A stretch of 64,000 bases of DNA from an uncultured Anaerolineae bacterium (GCA_964560475.1 CAZLMZ010000001.1:538-64537); one strand, 5' to 3'. Counted from the first letter of the stretch, positions 9,201 to 17,225 are shown. Notes: generated by a model from the sequence alone, not told the origin. Program-made: numbers and translations.

Positions 9201-11883
9201 GGAGCTGAACGCTCAACTGCGCCGCTTGATCGAGCGAACAGGTGCCGATGGTCTGTTGAACCAGCGCGGCGGCATCTTTGTGCTACGTGCGGACCAGCTC
9301 GGCGAAGCGGACAGGATCCTTCTGCTGTCTGCTGCACGCGTCGTGCTCGATGGTGGAGCGGGCTCGCTCGCCGATCAGTTGGCAGCGCTCGAGGACCGGC
9401 CGGTGCGCCTTCCGGCGTTGCAGCCCACCTATCCAGGCGTCAGGGAGTCGGAGCCGACGCCAGCGCTGGAGGCGAGCGAGGATTTGCACTTCTGCAACGG
9501 GTACGGCGGGTTCACTCCTGACGGCAAAGAGTACGTCATCGATCTGGTACCCGGCCAGTGGACTCCCGCGCCCTGGGTCAACGTGATTGCGAACCCCGAG
9601 TTCGGGTTCCTGGTCTCCGAAGCAGGACTTGGAGGCACCTGGGCAGGCAACAGCCAGGAAAACCGGCTCACGCCCTGGCGCAATGATCCGGTGAGCGATG
9701 AGCCGGCTGAGGCGATCTACCTGCGCGATGAGCAGACAGGCGCGGTGTGGTCGCCGACACCGCTGCCGGTGCGCGTGCGGGCGCCATACGAGATCCGGCA
9801 CGGAGCGGGGTACTCGACGTTCACGCACAACAGCCACGGGCTTCGGCAGCGGGTCCGCGTCTTTGCGGCGCGCGATGACCCGATCAAGGTCATCCAGTTA
9901 AGGCTGGAGAACACGTGGAACCAAGGCCGGCGGGTGACGGCGACCTATTATGCCGAATGGGTCCTGGGCACCTCGCGCGATGGGGCCCAGCAGTTCGTGA
10001 TCCCGGAATTCGATGGCGAGTCGGAAGTGCTTCTGGCTCGTAACCCGTACAACAGCGAATTCTCCGAGCGCGTGGCGTTCGCCGCTGCCGGGCGACGGCT
10101 GCACGGCATGACCGGCGACCGTGGTGAGTTCCTGGGAAAGCTGGGCAGTATGCAGAGTCCGGCTGCGCTGGACCGCATCGGGCTAGAGGGCCGGGTGGAG
10201 GCAGGACTCGATCCGTGTGCCGCGTTGCAGGTTCACCTCGATCTCGGACCCGGCGAAAGCACAGAGATCCATTTCCTCCTGGGGCAAGGGACAAACCGGG
10301 AAGACGCGCTGGCACTCGCGCAGAAATATCGTACGCCAGATGTGGTGGACATGGCGTGGGACGAGATGCGGGAGCAGTGGGACGAGCTACTCGGCACAGT
10401 GCAGGTGGACACGCCGGATGAGGCGATGAACTTGGTCTTGAACCGCTGGCTGCTGTACCAGGCGCTGGCATGCCGTGTGTGGGGCCGCTCGGCGCTCTAT
10501 CAGTCGAGCGGGGCCTACGGCTTCCGCGACCAGCTTCAGGACGTGATGGCGCTCGTCCACGCCGCTCCCGAACTCGTCCGGGACCAGATCCTGCGCTCTG
10601 CGGAACACCAGTTCGAGGCCGGCGATGTCCTGCACTGGTGGCACCCACCCTCCGGGCGGGGCGTACGGACTCACATCTCTGACGACCTGTTGTGGCTGCC
10701 GTTGGTCACGGCTCACTATGTGCGGTGCACGGGCGATCGCGCGATCCTGGATGAGGAGCTTCCCTTCCTCCAGGCTGAGCCGCTCAAAGCCGACGAAGAG
10801 GACCGCTATGGCCAGTACAGCGCGACCGAGACGCACTATCCGCTGTACGAGCACTGTCTACGCGCGTTGGACAAGGGCACGACGTCCGGCGAGCACGGTC
10901 TGCCACTGATGGGTAGCGGTGACTGGAACGATGGCATGAACCGCGTCGGGATCGAGGGTGAGGGCGAAAGCGTGTGGTTGGGGTGGTTCCTGTACATGAA
11001 CCTGACTCAGTTTGCCGATCTATGCGCCGACCGGGGTGACGATGAACGGGCAGCAGCGTACCGAGAGCAGGCGGAGGAGCTGCGGCAGACCCTGGAGAAT
11101 GAGGCGTGGGACGGTGCGTGGTATCGACGGGCATACTATGATGATGGTAGCCCACTGGGCTCGGCACGCAACCGTGAGTGCAGGATCGACTCGATCGCCC
11201 AGTCCTGGTCGGTCCTGTCGGGGGCTGCAAGCGCCGATCGCGCAGGTCGTGCGATGCAGGCTGTCGAGGAGTGGCTCGTCAAGAGGGATGACCGACTGAT
11301 TTTGCTCTTTGCGCCACCTTTTGACAAGACGCTCAACGACCCGGGATATATCAAGGGCTATCCACCCGGGATCCGTGAGAACGGCGGGCAGTACACGCAC
11401 GCTGCATTGTGGGCGGTATGGGCGTATGCGCAGATGGGCAAGGGCACACGTGCCCAGTCACTCTTTTCGCTGCTCAACCCGGTGCTGCATAGCGATACAC
11501 AAGAGAAAGCGGATCACTACAAGGTGGAGCCCTACGTGGTCGTGGCAGACGTGTACAGCGTGCCTCCCCACGTAGGGCGCGGCGGCTGGAGCTGGTATAC
11601 GGGCTCGGGAGCGTGGATGTATCGGCTCGGTATAGAGGCGATCCTGGGAATCCAGCGCGAAGGTGAGGCGCTGCGGATCGACCCTCGCATCCCCGCCGAT
11701 TGGGATGGGTATGCGGTCCGCTACCGCTTTGGAGAGGCCTCCTACGAGATCCAGGTCGAGAACCCGGAACACGTACAGCAGGGAGTGTCAGAGATCGTGC
11801 TGGATGGACAAGCATCATTCGACGGCCTCGTACCTCTGGAGGACGATGGAGGGACGCACGACGTGCGGGTGGTGATGGGATGA
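3244..11883 (+). CDS. ndvB: cyclic beta-1,2-glucan synthase (Cgs/NdvB/ChvB type): N-terminal membrane-embedded GT84-like glycosyltransferase plus C-terminal GH94 phosphorylase-like domain
   Basis: A single 2879-aa ORF. It carries the processive-GT motifs DAD (VITLDADTSLPRD) and QxxRW (HRWVRGDWQ) flanked by multiple TM segments. The C-terminal third has GH94 signatures (GSGDWNDGMNRVG...ESVWLGWFLY). The size matches the ~2830-2870 aa Cgs proteins. Confidence 0.85.
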   Translation: MPGKEQGSETATRIQKQEPRTSSEGIEAAQALAREQRAALGAARERSVLSYLDVQDEVLTQAYRYFVERSETDISISYAGEWMLDNFYVVQQTLRQVQKDMPDRYYRELPVLVDTDAAGHPRAYALAREIGRSSPNGIDMDRLRAFVHAYQSVRSLTMGELWALPTMLRIVELEYVTSALLKIADLGPIDDEDALYALTPLAQDASNEQVVANGIRSLHVLLNQDWESWFEELSQVEQTLREDPVGIYPHMDFETRDLYRKRVETLAKGTGREEVEIAEAAVELAIENRSLAVEGTEPVATVERTAHVGYVLVGSGRDGLEERLDYRPPWKVRMRRWLAAQATAFYFGAISVSTLGVLTLLLLYGLWEGGALWVLVLVGVVSLIPASAVTVDVINWLLTRFVPPRMLPKMDFSEGVPEEYTTMVVIPALLSSESDIQALLQQIELHYLSNDDPNLHFALLTDFADAPAQDMPEDEALLDRASAGIRQLNRAHAREGADPFHLYHRRRKWNAAEETWMGWERKRGKLSEFNQLLLGEDDTSYMLKLGDQQALSRVRYVITLDADTSLPRDSARRLAGTMAHPLNRATFDSESGRVVSGYTVLQPRTEIKPTSANQSLFARVYSGDVNLDLYSRAVSDVYQDVFGEGIYVGKGIYDVAAFQKSLDGRVPENALLSHDLFEGVHGRAALVTDIILYEDYPPHYLAYAHRMHRWVRGDWQLLPWLLPGVPHETKGSIRNVLSVLDRWKLIDNLRRSLTLPSVLALLICGWLIFPGAPWLWTVIGAAVVGVPLVTLGISAVVEGVTTGGGIRENIRGLRDDALRWLLALAFMPYQVLITIDAIGSTFVRLFVTHRHLLQWTTAAHTVSLFGRKMQVGVIWLRMGGAPLTAVAAGILVGFVAPRSLGPAIPLLVAWVLSPQIAHWISRPIEQVKEHLPAGAYVRLRHLARRTWLYFERFVGPEDHWLPPDHYQEEPLGVVAHRTSPTNIGLLLLSTVNAYDLGYIGRVELTIRLRDTLDTLTELETYRGHLMNWYDTRTLEPLRPRYVSTVDSGNLAGCLLTLAQACESVPSAPLLRWEAWEGFLDACALLMEAVGRVESGALRAATASMEETLSGFERRLLDKRDDPAAWPRLLREFAGTGWETFNAHIMEYIEAHGNELSSSTLREMRVWTERMQYHLTWLQREVDQLLPWWNVLQEPPAFLTGAQGEEVGPAWQALLAILTRIPSLDGVPELCRAARLRLGELQTILREIAEPADSAEGVEEALRWCQRLRDQLDRAQVDAAGLSVAFEEIARHADDLFRGMEFGFLLDPQREVFRIGYNVMSETLDNSYYDLLASEARIASLLAICKGDVPQRHWLHMARPLAEIEGMRALLSWSGTMFEYLMPTLLVESYPGTLLEQSCRVAVDRQIAYARREGVPWGVSESSYYQFDANRGYQYKAFGVPGLGLKRGLADDLVVASYASILALPIRPRAVMENLDRLEELQAKGQYGLYESIDYTASRLPLGQRHALVRTYMAHHQAMIMLSLGNALLADVMQRRFHSDQRVRSVELLLHERVPQGAPLEELGEDEVSAVRRAEPEVTITPWEASADAPLPMLRVLSNGSYTVVATAAGGGWSEYTPSNDEGAGSQEKVALTRWRADTTCDSWGTWVYLRDLETGRLWSPTRQPMRSGEGEGDVSFAPHQVTYGRRLDDWTVRAEVTVPPDDNVEVRRLTIVNHADQVRRLRVTSYGEVVLNSQETDRQHPAFNKLFIESEFVEEEQILLYRRRPRAEGETPLYLGHAVAVRGAEVSAVEYEGDRAEFLGRGQTIAAPQLLSSKRVLTGHTGATLDPILSLDQEIALDPRSTAHVAVTIAAGTSRDAVMQVMTRYRQWDAIDRAFTEAKGQSAYALSELELTGEDLQRIDRLLAALVYPYRGLRPEAGVIAQNQRGQATLWAQGISGDYPILLVCVHEEDEMELVSDVLKAHTYWRERRIQVDLVLLNERETGYGQELNAQLRRLIERTGADGLLNQRGGIFVLRADQLGEADRILLLSAARVVLDGGAGSLADQLAALEDRPVRLPALQPTYPGVRESEPTPALEASEDLHFCNGYGGFTPDGKEYVIDLVPGQWTPAPWVNVIANPEFGFLVSEAGLGGTWAGNSQENRLTPWRNDPVSDEPAEAIYLRDEQTGAVWSPTPLPVRVRAPYEIRHGAGYSTFTHNSHGLRQRVRVFAARDDPIKVIQLRLENTWNQGRRVTATYYAEWVLGTSRDGAQQFVIPEFDGESEVLLARNPYNSEFSERVAFAAAGRRLHGMTGDRGEFLGKLGSMQSPAALDRIGLEGRVEAGLDPCAALQVHLDLGPGESTEIHFLLGQGTNREDALALAQKYRTPDVVDMAWDEMREQWDELLGTVQVDTPDEAMNLVLNRWLLYQALACRVWGRSALYQSSGAYGFRDQLQDVMALVHAAPELVRDQILRSAEHQFEAGDVLHWWHPPSGRGVRTHISDDLLWLPLVTAHYVRCTGDRAILDEELPFLQAEPLKADEEDRYGQYSATETHYPLYEHCLRALDKGTTSGEHGLPLMGSGDWNDGMNRVGIEGEGESVWLGWFLYMNLTQFADLCADRGDDERAAAYREQAEELRQTLENEAWDGAWYRRAYYDDGSPLGSARNRECRIDSIAQSWSVLSGAASADRAGRAMQAVEEWLVKRDDRLILLFAPPFDKTLNDPGYIKGYPPGIRENGGQYTHAALWAVWAYAQMGKGTRAQSLFSLLNPVLHSDTQEKADHYKVEPYVVVADVYSVPPHVGRGGWSWYTGSGAWMYRLGIEAILGIQREGEALRIDPRIPADWDGYAVRYRFGEASYEIQVENPEHVQQGVSEIVLDGQASFDGLVPLEDDGGTHDVRVVMG

Positions 11884-11923
11884 TCGGCCCGTACACAGAA
11901 GTGAGATAGAAGGAGGAACGGCC

Positions 11924-12523
11924 TTGGACGAAAGCGTCGATCTGTTCAGCGGCATCCTGACGGAGCGGCGGGGAGTGAACGTCGAGACACTGCGCTCGGT
12001 GCTCGATCTTGCGGTGGAGCTGGCCAGGGAGGGCCGCGAGGGGCGTCGGATCGGGACAATGTTCGTCGTCGCGGATGAGGAAGAGGTACTACAACGTTCG
12101 CGCTGCCTGATTCTCGACCCGCTGTGGCACCATCCGGTCGAGCGGCGACGGCTCACGGACCACAACCTGCGCGAAACCTTGAAAGAACTGGCGCAGTTGG
12201 ACGGGGCGTTCGTCATCTCGAACGAGGGGGTGGCGCTCTCGGCAACGCGCTATATCAATGCCTCTTCAGAGGGGATCGACCTGCCGCTCGGGCTGGGTGG
12301 CCGGCACATGGCGGCAGCGTCGATCACGTACGAGACGAACGCCGTTGCTGTCGTCGTCTCTGCGAGTTCGATCGTCCGTGTATTTGACGATGGCCAGCTC
12401 ATCGCCGAGATCATCCCGGAGATCTGGTTCCTGCGGCGCTATGGCGTGGCAGACAGGACCGTTCGTCCCGAGGGAGATGGGGAACAGATTGCCGTGTTCC
12501 ATCGCGGCGAGGGAGAACGCTGA
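11924..12523 (+). CDS. standalone DAC (diadenylate cyclase, DisA_N/CdaA-like) domain protein with an atypical RHM in place of RHR
   Basis: DAC landmarks align: GTMFVVAD (like GALIVV), DGAFVISNEG (the DGA motif) and LGGRHMAAASITYETNAVAVVVS (like LGTRHRAA...ALxIVVSEE). It has no TM segments and no HhH domain. It lies 40 nt downstream of ndvB on the same strand. Confidence 0.55.
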   Translation: MDESVDLFSGILTERRGVNVETLRSVLDLAVELAREGREGRRIGTMFVVADEEEVLQRSRCLILDPLWHHPVERRRLTDHNLRETLKELAQLDGAFVISNEGVALSATRYINASSEGIDLPLGLGGRHMAAASITYETNAVAVVVSASSIVRVFDDGQLIAEIIPEIWFLRRYGVADRTVRPEGDGEQIAVFHRGEGER

Positions 12524-12590
12524 GACTTGGCGCCGGCTGCCGTTCTCAGAGCAGGGTACATCGCTCTTTCCAGCAGGCGGGCCGACCTAG

Positions 12591-12626
12591 CCAACCCGAT
12601 CCTAACTCTGTCCACCAAAGTCAACC
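12591..12626 (+). repeat. 36-nt conserved intergenic motif, copy A (upstream of osmC)
   Basis: CCAACCCGATCCTAACTCTGTCCACCAAAGTCAACC. Copy B at 23414-23449 is 31/36 identical. Confidence 0.6.
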
Positions 12627-12743
12627 ACAGCTCAAACGCAGCCCATCAGTTTGGATCGATGAGCGATGCTATGATAGAGGAAAGTGGCAGTGGCGTCATA
12701 GAGGTGGTCTCGGTGGCGCGCTGCTCGTTCGAGAAGGATGGAC

Positions 12744-13187
12744 ATGATGGCAGAGATCAAGCGCAAAGGCCAGGCGATCTGGTCCGGTGACAAGAGGGGA
12801 AGCGGCACGGTCAGCACCGAGAGCGAGGTGTTGGACAGCACGCGATATACCTTCAAGACGCGGTTCGGTGACCAGCCGGGAACGAACCCAGAAGAGCTGA
12901 TTGCAGCGGCCCATGCGGGGTGCTTTAGCATGGCGCTCGCCGCCACCGCAAGCGACAAGGGCTATACGCCGCGCTATATCAAGACTGTGGCTACCTGTAC
13001 ACTCGTGCCCCTGGATGGAGGCGGGTACAAGATCGCCAAGATGGACCTCGATGTGAGCGCGAAGGTGCTCGATATCGACGAGGAAACCTTCCAGGAGCTC
13101 GTGGAAGAAGCCGACCAGGGGTGTCCTGTATCCAACCTGCTACGTCCTGGCTTGGAGATCACGCTAAAGGCCTCTCTGGCCGAGTAG
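12744..13187 (+). CDS. osmC: OsmC/Ohr family peroxiredoxin (osmotically inducible protein C-like)
   Basis: OsmC fold signatures (AAAHAGCFSMALAA ... DQGCPVSNLL, two conserved Cys). An AAGGA RBS sits 5 nt before the third in-frame ATG. Confidence 0.85.
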   Translation: MMAEIKRKGQAIWSGDKRGSGTVSTESEVLDSTRYTFKTRFGDQPGTNPEELIAAAHAGCFSMALAATASDKGYTPRYIKTVATCTLVPLDGGGYKIAKMDLDVSAKVLDIDEETFQELVEEADQGCPVSNLLRPGLEITLKASLAE

Positions 13188-13226
13188 AGTCCCACTGCAA
13201 GCTGGAAGGGACTACGAGGAGCGAAC

Positions 13227-14486
13227 ATGGAAACGTACGAATATGTCATCATCGGCGGCGGCATGGCCGGAGGAAAGGCCTGCGAAGGAATCCGCAAAGT
13301 GGATGAGCGCGGGCACGTTGTCCTGATCACGGACGAGGCCCACCGGCCTTACGAGCGTCCACCTCTCTCCAAGGAGTACATGGTGGGGGAAAAGGGCCTG
13401 AGCCGCGTCTACCTGCGGCCCGAGAGCTATTATCCGGAGCACGACGTAGAGGTGTGGACCGGCGTGCGGGCAACTGAGCTGAGCCCAACCTCGCACGTGG
13501 TCACGTTGGACAGTGGGGAGCAGATCCGCTACAACAAGCTGCTGCTAGCGACGGGCGGACGTGCGAAGCGACTGCCTCTGCCAGGGAACGGCCTGCCCGG
13601 TGTGTTCACCCTACGGACGATCGAGGACTCGGATGCGATCAAGGAAGCAGCAGAGACGGCCGAGCGCGCCCTGGTCCTGGGCGGGAGCTTTATTGGTTCG
13701 GAGGTCGCTTCCTCACTGACCCAACTGGGCGTCGAGGTAACGATGGTCTTTCCTGACAGGCGATTGCTCGAGCGGGTCGTACCTGAGGAGTTGAGTGCGT
13801 TTCTGCACCGTATGTACAAGGACCGGGGAGTGCGGATCATTCCTGAGACCACAGCAGAGAAGCTGAACGGGAGTGCCAAGGTCGCAGACGCGCAGCTCGA
13901 CAATGGGGAAACGCTCTCCGTCGATATGGTCGTCATGGGCGTCGGTATCAACCTGAACACTCAACTGGCACGAGATGCAGGACTGGAGCTCACGAAGGAG
14001 GGTGCGGTAGCTGTAGACCAATACCTGCGGACGAGCGACCACGACATCTATGCGGCCGGAGATATCGCGGCCTGGCCCAGCATGACCTTTCGCGAGGCTA
14101 CACTCTCCGGCGGGCCCAAGCGTCTGCGCGTGGAGCACTGGGACGTGGCGCGCAGCCAGGGGTTGCGTGCAGGCGGCAACATGGCAGGCGACCAGGCGCC
14201 CTATACAACGCTGCCCTACTTTTTCTCGGACCTGTTCGAGTTCAGCTTTGAGGCGTGGGGCGATCTGAGCGCGTGGGACACGACCGTCTTGCGCGGCTGC
14301 CTGGAGCGTGGAAGCTTTGCCTACTTTTACTTTCGTGAGACGCGACTGGTGGGCGTGCTTGCCGTCGGACGGCCGGACGAGGAGCGTAAACCCATGCAGG
14401 AACTGGTGCGTCTGGGCCCGCAGCACGAGAAGGTGGCGGAAGCGCTCAGGACAGAAGAAACCAGCTTGAGCAAGCTCATTACATAG
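13227..14486 (+). CDS. FAD/NAD(P)-dependent pyridine nucleotide-disulfide oxidoreductase (ferredoxin/rubredoxin reductase-like)
   Basis: An N-terminal FAD fold (YVIIGGGMAGG), a second Rossmann motif (LVLGGSFIGSEVASSL) and an AAGD motif. RBS GAGGAG. Confidence 0.8.
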   Translation: METYEYVIIGGGMAGGKACEGIRKVDERGHVVLITDEAHRPYERPPLSKEYMVGEKGLSRVYLRPESYYPEHDVEVWTGVRATELSPTSHVVTLDSGEQIRYNKLLLATGGRAKRLPLPGNGLPGVFTLRTIEDSDAIKEAAETAERALVLGGSFIGSEVASSLTQLGVEVTMVFPDRRLLERVVPEELSAFLHRMYKDRGVRIIPETTAEKLNGSAKVADAQLDNGETLSVDMVVMGVGINLNTQLARDAGLELTKEGAVAVDQYLRTSDHDIYAAGDIAAWPSMTFREATLSGGPKRLRVEHWDVARSQGLRAGGNMAGDQAPYTTLPYFFSDLFEFSFEAWGDLSAWDTTVLRGCLERGSFAYFYFRETRLVGVLAVGRPDEERKPMQELVRLGPQHEKVAEALRTEETSLSKLIT

Positions 14487-14733
14487 TGCAGGGCGGCCAG
14501 GCGGACCTGGAGCGAGGCGCTCTATGTGAGACAGGCAGGCGCGAGAGCAGTCAGCTACTATGCCCGCAGTGGCGATGTCGTCACGTTGGCCCTCGTTCGT
14601 GACGGTCAGCAGATAGAATCTCCCGCCAAACTGGAGGCTCGTCCGGCAGGTCAGCCTGGCTAGCTACACTTTCGCCCCAACGGGGCGTGGCCCCAGCCCG
14701 CAGCGGGTCGGGGCCACGTTTCGCCTTGTGGGC

Positions 14734-14762
14734 TTGGCGCCTGATGCAGATGGTAGTATAAT
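14734..14762 (+). promoter_or_regulatory. sigma70-type promoter candidate (TTGGCG-17-TATAAT) for the response regulator gene
   Basis: A perfect TATAAT at 14757-14762, a TTGGCG -35 and a 17-nt spacer, about 110 nt upstream of the ATG at 14874. Confidence 0.4.
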
Positions 14763-14873
14763 CGCGCCAACTAGGACCCTTGTTGCAGAGCGTACTGTAG
14801 ACCAAGTGCTGCAGCGGGGTCGTGTAACATCCGCGTTGGCTCTCCCGAGCCAGCGTGGGCAGGAGGAGAAGGT

Positions 14874-15593
14874 ATGAGCGGAATACTGCGCACGTTGGTC
14901 GTGGACGACGAGGAACGGATCCGCTTCTTCCTGCAGGAGACCCTGCAGCGGTCAGGACACGTTGTGACGACAGCCTCGAATGGAGAGGAGGCGCTGGAGC
15001 GGCTGCAGGAGACCTCGTTCGATCTCGTGATGCTTGACTTGATGCTGGGTGGGCGGATCGACGGTCAGCGTGTCCTCGAAGCGATCCGCTGGCGTTGGCC
15101 CGGTACGATCGTGATCATCCTGACTGCACATGGGTCGCTCGAGTCTGCCGTATCGGCGATCCAGGAAGGCGTGGATGGATACTTGCTCAAGCCTGTCCGG
15201 CCCGACGATATTCGCCGAGCTGTGGGAGAGGCGGTCGAGCGACGCCAGATGTTGGTCGAAGCAGAGCAGGATGGGGACTCGGGTCACATACTAAAGCGAG
15301 GCCCATTTGCGGTCGATCTTCAGAGCCGCCAGGTGACCTATGGTGAGAAGACAGTGGATCTCACTCCGAGCGAGTTCAAGCTTTTGGTCCACATGATGCA
15401 GAACGCGCGCGAGGCGATCTCACCGCCCGAGTTGGTACAAGCGGTACGCCAGTACAAGCCTGAATATCTGCAGGAAGCACGCCAGATCATCAAGTGGTAT
15501 GTTCATCGGCTGCGCCGTAAGGTGGAGCCAGATCCTTCGAACCCGAGGCATATCCTGAATGTCCGTGGCGTCGGCTATATGTTCGAGCCATAA
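14874..15593 (+). CDS. OmpR-family two-component response regulator (REC plus winged-helix), orphan
   Basis: A receiver domain (VVDDE...DLVMLDLMLGG...K) and a C-terminal trans_reg_C domain (LTPSEFKLL...VRGVGY). No histidine kinase is adjacent. Confidence 0.85.
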   Translation: MSGILRTLVVDDEERIRFFLQETLQRSGHVVTTASNGEEALERLQETSFDLVMLDLMLGGRIDGQRVLEAIRWRWPGTIVIILTAHGSLESAVSAIQEGVDGYLLKPVRPDDIRRAVGEAVERRQMLVEAEQDGDSGHILKRGPFAVDLQSRQVTYGEKTVDLTPSEFKLLVHMMQNAREAISPPELVQAVRQYKPEYLQEARQIIKWYVHRLRRKVEPDPSNPRHILNVRGVGYMFEP

Positions 15594-15623
15594 CGAGCCC
15601 GAATCGGCTTTCCACGATACTAG

Positions 15624-15666
15624 AGCGAGGCCCGCCCAGTCCAGACTGGGCAGGCCTCGCTTTGCT
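15624..15666 (+). terminator. rho-independent terminator after the response regulator gene
   Basis: A 16-bp GC-rich stem (GCGAGGCCCGCCCAGT / ACTGGGCAGGCCTCGC, one mismatch) followed by TTTGCTC. Confidence 0.6.
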
Positions 15667-15918
15667 CATCTGCTAGCCTGCTCCCGCACTCGGTATGTTG
15701 CTTCTGTCTGACGACATCACATACGAATGTCTCCTCCACGTGCAGTGCCCAACGAAAATCCAACCTAGTCAACCGGATCCGAAGGCAGCGCAAACCAACT
15801 CCATCGGTTGCGCGGATGCCAGTCTGCTACAATGGGGGTTGCACACGCGGTTTGGCGTGTTGTGTCCGGCACGCGTGGTCGTTGCCGTCTTGATACAGAC
15901 AGGAAAACCCACGGCTAC

Positions 15919-16872
15919 ATGGAGTATAAAGACTATTATGCGATCCTCGGCGTGAGCCGAGACGCAGACCCAAAGGAGATCCGGAGCGCGTATCGAAAGC
16001 TTGCGCGCCAGTACCATCCCGACGTCAATCCCGGCGACAGCGAGGCAGAGGAACGGTTCAAGGAGATCAATGAAGCCTACGAGGTCTTGTCGGACCCGGA
16101 AAAACGGGAAAAGTACGACCGACTCGGCTCGGAATGGCGTCGTTACCAGCAGGCCGGAGGTCAGCCCGGTGGCTTTGACTGGGATCAATGGCGATCTCAG
16201 CAAGCAGGCCCAGGCGGGCAGCGGGTGCACGTACGTTACGGTACCCCGGAGGATCTCGAGGACCTGTTTGGAGGCGCGGCGCCCTTCTCTGACTTTTTTG
16301 CGCAGATGTTCGGTGGCAGGGGAGGTGCGCCAGCAGGTGGATTCCAGTATCAGGTACAACCAAGGCGTGGACGGGACGTCGAGCAGGAGGTGCAGATCGA
16401 TCTACTGGAGGCCTACAAGGGCACAACTCGTACCCTACAGATGGACGGGCGACGTCTGCGAGTCAAGATCCCCGCTGGAGCACATACGGGAACACGGGTC
16501 CGCATTCCGGGAGCGGGGGCATCGGGCAGTGCAGGTGGCGAGCAGGGCGACCTTTACTTGCACGTGATCGTGGCGCCTGATCCGCGGTTCGAGCGCGAGC
16601 ACGCGGATCTGCATACGGACGTGCGGGTGGATCTGTATACTGCCATCCTGGGCGGGAAGGTGCCAGTGCCTACCCTCGATGGCACGGTCCGACTGACGAT
16701 CCCGGAGGGCACGCAGAACGGCCAGGTTTTCCGTCTGAGAGGGAAGGGCATGCCACAGCTGCGGGATCCCGAACAGCACGGGGACCTGTATACTAGAGTG
16801 CAGGTCGAGTTGCCGACGGAACTGAGCGATCGGCAGCGTGAGCTGTTCGAGGAACTGCGGCGAGCGGTCTAG
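15919..16872 (+). CDS. cbpA: curved-DNA-binding DnaJ-class co-chaperone (J domain, no zinc finger; CbpA-like)
   Basis: A J domain (DYYAILGVSRDADPKEIRSAYRKLARQYHPDVN), a G/F-rich linker, and a C-terminal DnaJ_C domain without the CxxCxGxG repeats. Confidence 0.85.
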   Translation: MEYKDYYAILGVSRDADPKEIRSAYRKLARQYHPDVNPGDSEAEERFKEINEAYEVLSDPEKREKYDRLGSEWRRYQQAGGQPGGFDWDQWRSQQAGPGGQRVHVRYGTPEDLEDLFGGAAPFSDFFAQMFGGRGGAPAGGFQYQVQPRRGRDVEQEVQIDLLEAYKGTTRTLQMDGRRLRVKIPAGAHTGTRVRIPGAGASGSAGGEQGDLYLHVIVAPDPRFEREHADLHTDVRVDLYTAILGGKVPVPTLDGTVRLTIPEGTQNGQVFRLRGKGMPQLRDPEQHGDLYTRVQVELPTELSDRQRELFEELRRAV

Positions 16873-16890
16873 AGGGAGCCACCAGACAGG

Positions 16891-17166
16891 ATGGGCAGGC
16901 AGGTGGAGCAAATCGAGACCACGATTGCCATTGCTGCGCAGGAAAGCGGCCTCTCGGTGCGGGTGGTGCAGCACTGCATCCGCGAGGGCCTGGTGGGGAT
17001 GGATCTCGGTGAAGCAGAGCTGGAGCGCTTGCGCCGCATCCGCCGCCTACGCGCGCTGGGGATCAATCCACACGGCATCGAGATTATCCTGCGTATGAGG
17101 AGGCAGATCGAGCATCTGCAGGCGCAGTTGGCTCGCATGGAGCAGCAGTGCCCAACAGATGAGTAG
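16891..17166 (+). CDS. cbpM: MerR-family HTH protein, chaperone-modulator CbpM/HspR-like
   Basis: A 91-aa protein with a MerR-type HTH followed by a short coiled coil (LRRIRRLRALGINPHGIEIIL). It sits immediately downstream of cbpA, as in cbpA-cbpM and dnaJ-hspR arrangements. Confidence 0.6.
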   Translation: MGRQVEQIETTIAIAAQESGLSVRVVQHCIREGLVGMDLGEAELERLRRIRRLRALGINPHGIEIILRMRRQIEHLQAQLARMEQQCPTDE

Positions 17167-17190
17167 GCGCGGCGTCCAGAGACGCCGCGT
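17167..17190 (+). other. stable GC hairpin between cbpM and the Lon-like gene
   Basis: CGCGGCGTC-caga-GACGCCGCG: a 9-10 bp perfect stem with a 4-nt loop directly after the cbpM stop. No U-tract follows it. Confidence 0.5.
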
Positions 17191-17225
17191 GAGCCCGAAT
17201 CACTGAAAAACGGAGGTAAGCAGAA

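Noticed and set aside
12527-12790. 87-aa ORF (and the 71-aa ORF at 23314..23529) sharing the peptide NPILTL
   Set aside because: The similarity is a by-product of the 36-nt DNA repeat. There are no RBSs and no coding-like composition, and the ORFs overlap real gene starts.
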